A DNA stretch of 64,000 bases, taken from NCBI GenBank assembly GCA_002427425.1, contig DIRA01000037.1:36509-100508 (forward strand), read 5' to 3'. The stretch comes from Clostridiales bacterium UBA5448. GTDB taxonomy: Bacteria > Bacillota > Clostridia > Oscillospirales > SIG627. This document shows positions 1-7,734 of the stretch, one piece after another. Position 1 is the first letter of the stretch. Each line of letters starts with the position of its first letter. The notes beneath the pieces were generated by a model that was not told the DNA's origin, ran no database searches, and was given only the letters and a program-made list of their open reading frames with translations. The position numbers were made by a program, and so were the translations under genes.

Positions 1-44
1 AATACTATCACAGGCAATCTTTGAAAAAAAGGAGTGTTTTCCTC

Positions 45-725
45 ATGAGTGAGAAATTTAAAACCAACTGCAAAAAGTTCTTTGCCGGCGGGGGCTTATA
101 CATAGCCCTTGCGCTATGTATTCTCGCCATCATCAGCATAGCCGTTTATTCGGCCATTCGTTCTGTCCTGACCACACCTGACCAAGGCGACCTGAATTCC
201 AACGATCCACTGGCACCTTCGGGTAAGGACGATGATAAAGACGACGGAAAACCGACAGACGGCAACCCCCTCGATGATGATGACGATTCTCTGGATACCG
301 GCGTTCCTGTGAAAGTTATGTATTCCTATCCTTTGACAGGGCAAGTGACAAAAGACTTTTCCGATGAAACACTGGTTTTCTCTGTTACTATGAACGATTA
401 TCGGACCCATGCAGCTCTCGATATCGGCGCAACCATCGGTACCGCGGTGAAAGCAGCAGCAGATGGTATGATCACCGCCGTATACGCCGACCCGCTCATG
501 GGGCAAACCATTGAAATCACCCATGCCGACGGAATAATCAGCAAATATCAGAACCTAGCTTCCCTCCTTCCTCAGACTGTTGAACTCGGTGCCACTGTCA
601 CCCGCGGCGATGTAATCGGCGGTGTAGGCGAAACCGCTCTCGTCGAATGTGCGGAAGAACCCCATCTCCATTTGGAGTTCATCTCAGATGGTGAAAAAGT
701 CAATCCCAAAAATCATATCGGTTAA
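45..725 (+). CDS. M23/LytM family metallopeptidase, membrane anchored
   Basis: The ORF 21..725 begins at TTG. The ATG at 45 has AAGGAG about 10 nt upstream. There is one N-terminal TM (GGGLYIALALCILAIISIAVY), an Asp/Lys-rich linker, and a C-terminal LytM domain with H-x3-D (THAALD) and HxH (HLHLEF) zinc motifs. Confidence 0.8.
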   Translation: MSEKFKTNCKKFFAGGGLYIALALCILAIISIAVYSAIRSVLTTPDQGDLNSNDPLAPSGKDDDKDDGKPTDGNPLDDDDDSLDTGVPVKVMYSYPLTGQVTKDFSDETLVFSVTMNDYRTHAALDIGATIGTAVKAAADGMITAVYADPLMGQTIEITHADGIISKYQNLASLLPQTVELGATVTRGDVIGGVGETALVECAEEPHLHLEFISDGEKVNPKNHIG

Positions 726-755
726 AAAAAAGCACGGGGTTCCGTGCTTTTTTTA
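724..755. terminator. Bidirectional intrinsic terminator between convergent genes
   Basis: Hairpin agcacgg-ggtt-ccgtgct is flanked by an A7 run and a T7 run. It overlaps both stop codons. Confidence 0.7.
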
Positions 756-3242
756 TTCCCATTTGAATACCGGCCCCGATTCACCCATCTTCCAGACCAG
801 TGAAAAATCGAACCCTTGTAACGTGGATTCATATAGCAAATCAAAGGCAGTCACAAGGGTAACATAGATTCCATTTTCATCGGAAACCGCAAACAGAGTG
901 TTTTTATCCAGCGTATATTCCACACTGCGTCCGTATTTTTCATTGGGTGCCCATACAAACCCGATGAGGGCACATTTGAACACGTTGTCGCATTTGGCAG
1001 CCGCCACCGCGGTAGAATAACAATTCTTGATAACAAACGAGGCATCGTCATTTTTGGACATCACATATAACCGACCGATCATTTGCCCCGTACACCGTTT
1101 GTTGGTATAATCGTTCGACGAGGCCAGTTTGGATACACCGGTTCCCACAACGGTACCCGTGGTATAACAATCGATCATGCTGGCAGAACCATACCCATAA
1201 ATGCCTCCCACATCGCCTTCCCCTTCTACATGCCCCCGAAAGCAACATTTCACAACCGCACTGGTTGAAACGGTGGATTCAAATTGCCCGACCAGCCCGC
1301 CTATTTTCGAGCCGGTACCGCTGATAGTACCCGTTACCATGCATCTGTGCACACCGCCTTGTCGGGTGATCCAACCGGCAATGCCGCCCACATGCTCGTT
1401 GCCCATCACTCTTCCGGAGACCGTACAGGCAGAAATCAAAGTGATATCCTCCGGGGTGTTGGTTTGAGTTTTACCTGCAATGCCACCGACATAATGGTTT
1501 TGATATACCGGCTTTTGGTTGGCATCATAACCGACGGCTTTTCCGATTTCACAGCTTATCACATGGCAATCGGTGATCTCGCTGTTGATGGCCATGGCTG
1601 CGATGCCACCTTGATATAGACCGGCCTGTATGGTGGCATTTTTCACCATGCATCCGGTGATGGTGGTTTTTTCACAATAGGCTACAATTCCTGCAAAGTA
1701 TTTCGCCGTCACCTCATCAGATGTGATAAAAAGGGAATCAATATAGATGTTTTTCAGCGTAGCTCCGCTTGATTTGGCAAATAAGGCCAAATAGCCATTG
1801 AGAAAATAATCGTTTTCTTTGATGGAAAGATTTTGAATCTTCTTGCCGTTGCCGTCATATGTACCTTGAAACGATAAATCGGTTTCATACCCAATGGGCC
1901 GGAAGTCTTTGACAGCCGACAAATCCAGATCAAGTACCTGTTGAAAGAATACGTTTGATTTTCCCAAATATGCTTCCATGTTTTTGAGATCCCCATAAGA
2001 AGCAATCAAATATGGGTCTTTTTTCGTGCCGCTTCCACCGCTGAAGGAATCCGAACCCGTTACGGTGATGGTGATGGTGCCCGCAGTACCGCTGCCGTCC
2101 ATGGCAGATGCCTCCACAACCACCGTTCCTTTGGAAAGAGCGGTAAATAGCCCTTTTTGGTCCACACTGCCACAACTTTCCCCAGAAAGAATACGCCAGA
2201 CCAACCCTTTGTTTACCGCCTTCTCGGGTAAAATAAAGGCCAAAATGTTCATTTGACTGCCGGTGGTAATCATGGCAGCTTCCGCGGACAGGGAAATGAC
2301 CGACACTTTGTCCGTAGGAATATAGGGATTCACTTTGATCCGTATCATCCCGCTGGTTTCACTACCATCCGCTGCGGTGGCTTTGACGGTGGCGGTTCCG
2401 GCTTTCAATGCCAAAATCAGCCCTGTTTGCGAGATAGATACAAGGTCGTCCCCTTCCGTAACCGACCAAACAACCGCTTTGTTCTTAGCATCTTCGGGAA
2501 ACACCGTACAACCAATCTTCAGGCTTTGACCCACCGTGATTTCACTGTCAACAGACAAGGAAATGGACGTTGCTTTCCCCGTTTCCGTGACGGGTTCAAA
2601 CACTTTGATGGTATATGTAGCCGATAAATCCAAGGATTTATCGGTTGCCCTGATAACCGTCTTTCCGGGGAAAAGACCGGTCGCCACCCCTTGGGGGGAA
2701 AGGGAAATGCATGCTTTTCCTGACACCACAGACCAGATAAGCTGGGAAGGATTTATGGCTTGGCCGCCCCATTCGCAGCATATCGTCAGGATTTTTCCCA
2801 CTTGTACACAATCGTTTTCGGCATATAAAACCAACGTGTCCAAAGGATGCTTTTCTTTCACTTGAAACGTGACGGAAGCTTTGGTTTCTGCACTGTTTTG
2901 ATAGGATACCTCTATGGTCACCTGACCGGGAGCCACTCCGATGACAATCCCGTTTTCGCTCAGTTCAATCAAGTCTTTCCCTTCCGTCACTACCCAGGTC
3001 AAATCTGCAGCACTGACTCCTTCGGGAAGGTTTTCCGGGGTGATGATGGTCATATCCCCCACTTCCAGGGTGATAATTTCAGGAAGTTGGATCTGCGAAT
3101 AGGTTTCATTCTCTTGGGAGGTATCGTCCTTCTGGTGATTGTTCTCCCCGTCAGGCGGCAAATCATTGCTTTTTGCTTTGCCGCAAGAAAACAAAAACAA
3201 GGCAGAAAACAAAATTACTACGCAAAAACATATTTTTTTCAT
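753..3242 (-). CDS. Surface lipoprotein with Big_2 Ig-like repeats and a GLUG-motif domain
   Basis: Lipobox signal peptide (LFLFSCGK). Several repeats of the Big_2 type (e.g. GTATVKATAADGSETSG..IRIKV). The C-terminal half has repeated VGGIAG / IGGLVG / VGGIYG (GLUG-type) motifs. Confidence 0.75.
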   Translation of the reverse strand: MKKICFCVVILFSALFLFSCGKAKSNDLPPDGENNHQKDDTSQENETYSQIQLPEIITLEVGDMTIITPENLPEGVSAADLTWVVTEGKDLIELSENGIVIGVAPGQVTIEVSYQNSAETKASVTFQVKEKHPLDTLVLYAENDCVQVGKILTICCEWGGQAINPSQLIWSVVSGKACISLSPQGVATGLFPGKTVIRATDKSLDLSATYTIKVFEPVTETGKATSISLSVDSEITVGQSLKIGCTVFPEDAKNKAVVWSVTEGDDLVSISQTGLILALKAGTATVKATAADGSETSGMIRIKVNPYIPTDKVSVISLSAEAAMITTGSQMNILAFILPEKAVNKGLVWRILSGESCGSVDQKGLFTALSKGTVVVEASAMDGSGTAGTITITVTGSDSFSGGSGTKKDPYLIASYGDLKNMEAYLGKSNVFFQQVLDLDLSAVKDFRPIGYETDLSFQGTYDGNGKKIQNLSIKENDYFLNGYLALFAKSSGATLKNIYIDSLFITSDEVTAKYFAGIVAYCEKTTITGCMVKNATIQAGLYQGGIAAMAINSEITDCHVISCEIGKAVGYDANQKPVYQNHYVGGIAGKTQTNTPEDITLISACTVSGRVMGNEHVGGIAGWITRQGGVHRCMVTGTISGTGSKIGGLVGQFESTVSTSAVVKCCFRGHVEGEGDVGGIYGYGSASMIDCYTTGTVVGTGVSKLASSNDYTNKRCTGQMIGRLYVMSKNDDASFVIKNCYSTAVAAAKCDNVFKCALIGFVWAPNEKYGRSVEYTLDKNTLFAVSDENGIYVTLVTAFDLLYESTLQGFDFSLVWKMGESGPVFKWE

Positions 3243-3245
3243 CGT

Positions 3246-4469
3246 TTAAAAAGCCCAATTTCCGTATTTGAAAATTTGTACTTTTTCCCCTTCATGGGTG
3301 ATACCCACAATAGACAGGTCCTCATTTCCGATCATAAAGTCAACATGAATGAGGGAATCGTTGATACCCATTTCCCGCGCCTCGGCGGTGGTATAGTTCC
3401 CATAATCCTTCAAACAGTTGGAAAAGCCTCTGCCCAATGCCAAATGACTGGCGGCATTTTCATCAAACAAGGTGTTATAAAACAATAGCCCGGTTTCCCG
3501 AATGGGGGAATCATACGGTACAAACGCGCATTCGCCCAACATGGCGGCCCCCTCGTCCATTCCGATCATTTCCTTGAGTAGATTTTCATTCTTTTCCGCT
3601 TTGACTTTTGTGACTTTTCCATCTTGAAACGTGATGGAAAAATTCTCGATCAATTGGCCTTGATAGGACAGAGGTTTTGTTGCATACACAATCCCTTCCG
3701 CTTTTCCCCGCATGGGAGAAATAAACACTTCTTCCGTGGGCATGTTGGCATTGAAATAGATTCCCTGCAAAGAATATTCTCCCGCTGCCATAAACCGCGC
3801 TTGGGGAATCAGCCCCACAGTCAGATCCGTGCCGTTGGATGAAGTATAATGGAGGCTATCCAATCCCAAACCATTCAGGTATTGACAACGAGACTGGAGG
3901 TCCCTGTCATGTTCTTCCCAGGCTTTCATAGAATCATTTCCCACACGGCAGGTAAACAGAATTGCTTCCCACAACTTTTCCACGGCTTTTGACACGTGTA
4001 AATCGGGAAATATTTTTTTCGCCCAGGCTTTCCCCGGAACAGCGGCAATACACCACTGGTATTTGTTTTCCATTTCATCCCTATAAGGTTTGATCACCTG
4101 TAAGCGTGCTTGGTGTCCCTTGGCGTGTTTGGAGGGATTGACACCCGCCAATCCGTCCGGATCTTCGGAGATCAGATAGATGGATACAGGAAGGGTTTTC
4201 ACCCGGTGTGCCCACTTGGCTTCTTCCCAAGGTTCCACTTTAGACAATACGTTCAGGCTGCGATGTCTGACATGCAGTTTGGTCAAAGGCTGATAATCCC
4301 ATTCCACCATTACTTTGCTTGCCCCTGCCTTGTAGCATTCTTCCACCATCATATATACAAAAGCAGGCTGGTCCAGTTGGGCAAATACCATGACTTCCTG
4401 TCCTTTCCGGACATTACCGCCTGCGCGGACAATCAGCCTTGCATACGCATGCAGCGCAGATTTTTTCAT
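3246..4469 (-). CDS. Aminopeptidase, M29 (AmpS/PepS) family
   Basis: The full-length 407 aa matches the remembered thermophilic metalloprotease M29 pattern (LIVRAGGNV.KGQ.V, EWDYQPL, C-terminal HVDFMIG). It lies 3 nt upstream of the lipoprotein gene, so the two are probably an operon. Confidence 0.8.
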   Translation of the reverse strand: MKKSALHAYARLIVRAGGNVRKGQEVMVFAQLDQPAFVYMMVEECYKAGASKVMVEWDYQPLTKLHVRHRSLNVLSKVEPWEEAKWAHRVKTLPVSIYLISEDPDGLAGVNPSKHAKGHQARLQVIKPYRDEMENKYQWCIAAVPGKAWAKKIFPDLHVSKAVEKLWEAILFTCRVGNDSMKAWEEHDRDLQSRCQYLNGLGLDSLHYTSSNGTDLTVGLIPQARFMAAGEYSLQGIYFNANMPTEEVFISPMRGKAEGIVYATKPLSYQGQLIENFSITFQDGKVTKVKAEKNENLLKEMIGMDEGAAMLGECAFVPYDSPIRETGLLFYNTLFDENAASHLALGRGFSNCLKDYGNYTTAEAREMGINDSLIHVDFMIGNEDLSIVGITHEGEKVQIFKYGNWAF

Positions 4470-4546
4470 ATTTCTACTCTCCTTTGGCTATATTGACAAT
4501 TTACCCGAAATATGTTAGGATTATACAAATTTACTCGGAGGTTGCC

Positions 4547-5080
4547 ATGAATCCATCCACCCAGGAAATTCTGGATTTTCTCGATCAACATTACATACAA
4601 CATATTCGATTTTCTCACCCCGTGGTTTTCACCTCGGAAGAAAAAAAACAAAACGATCTAAACAACGGCATAGTCGGTGCCACCCACTGCAAAAATCTGC
4701 TTCTCTGCAATCGCCAGGGTACCTTGTTTTATTTGCTCATACTCCCCTTTGAAAAAAACTTTCGCACCGCGGAAATCTCAAAACAACTGGGCGTGTCCAG
4801 ATTGAGTTTTTCAACCGAGGAAAAATTGGAAAAATTTCTGCATACCCATGCCGGTGCCGTCAGTCCCCTGGGTCTGATGTACGATCAAGATTTTCGTATC
4901 GGTCTTGCCATGGACCAAGAACTGAAAGACAAGGCCCTGCTTTGCTTTCACCCCAATGAGGAATCCATCACCTGCATCTTTAACAATGACGTGTTTTACA
5001 ATCAATTGCTTCCTCTTTTGCGGCACAGGCCCCACTTTATTAAAGTGGAAGAAATTCCCATGCATCATACCGAAGTATAA
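4547..5080 (+). CDS. Prolyl-tRNA-synthetase-associated (YbaK/ProX-like) aminoacyl-tRNA deacylase domain protein
   Basis: An internal ATG at 4547 has GGAG 7 nt upstream. The ORF-track start at 4439 overlaps the divergent gene. The motif pattern HCKNLLL...GAVSPLGL is typical of the ProX/YbaK family. Confidence 0.7.
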   Translation: MNPSTQEILDFLDQHYIQHIRFSHPVVFTSEEKKQNDLNNGIVGATHCKNLLLCNRQGTLFYLLILPFEKNFRTAEISKQLGVSRLSFSTEEKLEKFLHTHAGAVSPLGLMYDQDFRIGLAMDQELKDKALLCFHPNEESITCIFNNDVFYNQLLPLLRHRPHFIKVEEIPMHHTEV

Positions 5081-5101
5081 CACAATATTCGACAAAATTC
5101 A

Positions 5102-5137
5102 AGCCGGAAACAGACTGCTGTTTCCGGCTCTCTTTTT
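5102..5137. terminator. Bidirectional terminator between convergent genes
   Basis: A 12-bp perfect stem agccggaaacag-actg-ctgtttccggct is followed by ctcttttt. Confidence 0.75.
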
Positions 5138-7409
5138 ACATATTGTCCTTTTCGCGGATATCCACCCGGCGGATCTTTCCGCTGATGGTCTTAGGCAATT
5201 CATCTGTAAATTCCACGATGCGGGGATATTTATAAGGTGCGGTATGGGTTTTTACATATTCTTTGATTTCCTTGATCAAGTCATCGCTGCCCACGGTACC
5301 TTTTGTCAGCACGATGGTGGCTTTGACAACCTGACCGCGAACGGGATCGGGAACACCGGTAACAGCGCATTCCAGTACATAGGGAAGTTCCATCAGAACA
5401 CTTTCGATTTCAAAAGGCCCGATACGGTAACCGGAGGATTTGATCAAATCATCCACACGGCCCACAAACCAGAAATAGCCGTCTTCATCCCGCCAGGCGG
5501 TGTCGCCGGTATGATAATAGCCATCATGCCATGCCTTGTCGGTGGCTTCCTGGTTTCGATAGTAACCGGAGAACAAGCCGCAAGGTTTGTTGTCCGGGGT
5601 GGCACGAACGACAATTTCGCCCACCTCCCCCACTTTACAGGATACGCCCCCGCTGTTTAGCAGATCCATATGATACATGGGGCTTGGTTTTCCCATGGAA
5701 CCGGGCTTCATGTCCTCCCCTAAGAGGTTACAGATGGTCAGGGTGGTTTCGGTTTGACCGAATCCTTCCATCAGCTTGATACCGGTTGCAAGCAAAAATT
5801 GCTGGTATACTTCCGGGTTGAGTGCTTCGCCGGCAGTGGAAGCATATTCCAAACTGGAAAGATCATAGGAAGACAAATCTTCTTTGATAAAGAAACGATA
5901 CATGGTAGGTGGGGCGCAGAAAGTGGTGATTCCATATTTGCTGAAAAGAGGTAAAATGTCTTTTGCATCAAACTTATGAAAATCATAGGTGAAAATGGCT
6001 GCTTCGCATAGCCACTGACCATAGATCTTACCCCACAAGGCTTTCCCCCATCCCGTATCGGAAATGGTAAAGTGGATACCGTCGGGATTGACATTGTGCC
6101 AGGATTTCGCTGTAATCAAATGACCCAAAGAATAGGTGTAACTATGGGCAGCGATTTTGGGATACCCGGTGGTACCGGAGGTAAAGTACATCAACGAAAC
6201 TTCGTCGAACTTATTGTCTACCCGGCGGATGAAATCGCTATGGTTGGCATATTCCGTGTTGAAATGATACCATCCTTCTCTGGGAGAACCTACCATGATT
6301 TTGGTTTCAATGCCGTTGTATTCTTCCATGGCCAGTTCAACCTGATGGGATACATCCCCTTGGGAGGTACAAACCAAAGCGGATACGCCGGCTGCCTGGA
6401 AACGGTAAACCAAATCTTTTTTCACCAACTGGTCGGTGGCAGGGATAACAATGGCACCCAGCTTATGAAGTGCCAAGATGGAATACCAAAATTGGTAGTG
6501 TCGTTTCAAAATCAGCATGACACGATCGCCTTTTTTGATACCCAGTGAAGCAAAATAATTGGCTGTGCGGGAAGATTCTCTGGCCATATCGCCAAAGGAA
6601 AAGCGGCGCTCGGTCTTATTTTCATCCAAATGGAGCATGGCAAGTTTATCGGGACATTTTTTCGCCAATGCATCCACAACATCATAAGCAAAGTTATAAT
6701 TATCGGGATAATGGAAAGAAATATCGATCAGCTTTCCTTTTTCGTCTTCCACAAGATCGGCAAATCTGCGGAAGATACTGTCCGCATCGTTTCTGCGATG
6801 AGCGAAGTGATAATGACCACCGCGCGAGACATTGTCATGCCCGGTTTCATTGTCCATGACCACCGCAAGAAAGGTGCAATCTGCGTCCCAGGCAATCATA
6901 CCGTGAGGAATGGAGCTGTCATAGTACAACGTATCTCCTTCACTTAATACCTCTTCGCTGTCGCCGATTACGACTTTGAGCTTGCCTTTTAGGATATAGT
7001 CAAACTCTTCCCCCTTATGGGTAGAAACAGGAATGGGTTTGTTCATTTCGGCCGGATCAAACTTGGCTTGCACCAGGAAGGGTTCACTGAATTTTCCCTT
7101 AAAGTTGGTTGCCAGGAGTTGATAGGAAAAACCTTCTGTACGATTTAGCATGGCACCCTCTCCTTTACGGAGAACGGAGTACCGGGAAAGTTTCGGCTGT
7201 TCCCCGGTCAGAAGGTCGTTGATGTCGATATCGAAAATATCGGCACATTTGTGAAGCATGGCAAACGTAAAATCTGTTTCTCCGCTTTCACATTTTAAAT
7301 ACAATTCGGTTTCCATGCCCAGCATGGATGCCATTTCATCGCTGGTTTTACCTGAGATCCGTCGCAACTCGGCCACACGGCTTGCGATTAAGATGTTGTT
7401 GTTATCCAT
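5136..7409 (-). CDS. Fusion protein: XRE-family HTH + cupin domain + AMP-forming short/medium-chain acyl-CoA synthetase
   Basis: The start is the ATG at 7409 (MDNNNIL) with GAGGGAAA upstream. The longer track ORF to 7535 would run through the T-box terminator. The N-terminus is an HTH_3-like domain (SGKTSDEMASMLGMETELYLKCESGE). It is followed by a cupin (HKGEEFDYILKGKL...GDTLYYDSSIPHG). The remainder is an ACSM-like AMP-binding enzyme (NFAYDVVD, YFTSGTTGYPK, YHTGD, GRVDDLIKSSGYRIGPFEIE, PKTISGKIRR). Confidence 0.85.
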   Translation of the reverse strand: MDNNNILIASRVAELRRISGKTSDEMASMLGMETELYLKCESGETDFTFAMLHKCADIFDIDINDLLTGEQPKLSRYSVLRKGEGAMLNRTEGFSYQLLATNFKGKFSEPFLVQAKFDPAEMNKPIPVSTHKGEEFDYILKGKLKVVIGDSEEVLSEGDTLYYDSSIPHGMIAWDADCTFLAVVMDNETGHDNVSRGGHYHFAHRRNDADSIFRRFADLVEDEKGKLIDISFHYPDNYNFAYDVVDALAKKCPDKLAMLHLDENKTERRFSFGDMARESSRTANYFASLGIKKGDRVMLILKRHYQFWYSILALHKLGAIVIPATDQLVKKDLVYRFQAAGVSALVCTSQGDVSHQVELAMEEYNGIETKIMVGSPREGWYHFNTEYANHSDFIRRVDNKFDEVSLMYFTSGTTGYPKIAAHSYTYSLGHLITAKSWHNVNPDGIHFTISDTGWGKALWGKIYGQWLCEAAIFTYDFHKFDAKDILPLFSKYGITTFCAPPTMYRFFIKEDLSSYDLSSLEYASTAGEALNPEVYQQFLLATGIKLMEGFGQTETTLTICNLLGEDMKPGSMGKPSPMYHMDLLNSGGVSCKVGEVGEIVVRATPDNKPCGLFSGYYRNQEATDKAWHDGYYHTGDTAWRDEDGYFWFVGRVDDLIKSSGYRIGPFEIESVLMELPYVLECAVTGVPDPVRGQVVKATIVLTKGTVGSDDLIKEIKEYVKTHTAPYKYPRIVEFTDELPKTISGKIRRVDIREKDNM

Positions 7410-7437
7410 ACTATTTCCCTCTTCTTTCCTCTTATAT

Positions 7438-7690
7438 AAAAAAGTCCGCCCCTGTGAATCAGGGACGGACAAAATCCGTGGTACCACCCATATTGGCAGA
7501 TACAATCTGCCCGCTTTCAGGTCAAATAACCTCATTGCCTTAACGCGGCCCAGCTCGTTGCCGCCTACTTTTCAGCGGCACCGCTCAGAAATGATGTGTT
7601 CAAACGACTTCTCACCGACTTGCACCACCCGTCGGCTCTCTGTATAGGAGTACTTGTTCAAACCGTTTTCGTCACAGCGTTTGTGTTTTT
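7438..7690 (-). promoter_or_regulatory. T-box leader RNA (tRNA-sensing transcription attenuator)
   Basis: Read on the minus strand. A K-turn-like Stem I base (CGC-UGU-GA-C-GAAA ... UUUC-U-GA-GCG). An S-turn-like AAGUA. The AG bay AGAGAG. A distal hairpin CCGAC-GGGUGGUGCAA-GUCGG. Stem III GGCAGAU-UGU-AUCUGCC. The T-box sequence AAUAUGGGUGGUACCACGG. An antiterminator (GGG/CCC and ACGGA/UCCGU around a UGGUACC bulge) that competes with the terminator GUCCGUCCCUG-AUUCA-CAGGGGCGGAC-U6 (7438-7470). Confidence 0.85.
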
Positions 7691-7693
7691 TAC

Positions 7694-7722
7694 ATTATAT
7701 GATGTTCGTTTTATTTTGTCAA
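7694..7722 (-). promoter_or_regulatory. Consensus sigma-A type promoter for the T-box leader
   Basis: Minus strand TTGACA-17 nt-TATAAT, an exact consensus, about 12 nt after the stop of the upstream LtaS-family gene. Confidence 0.7.
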
Positions 7723-7734
7723 GTGGTTTAGAAA

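Noticed and set aside
45-725. Calling the M23 peptidase SpoIIQ.
   Set aside because: The architecture (single TM plus LytM with an intact zinc site) is compatible with clostridial SpoIIQ. It is equally compatible with many vegetative M23 peptidases, and the upstream context lies outside the window.
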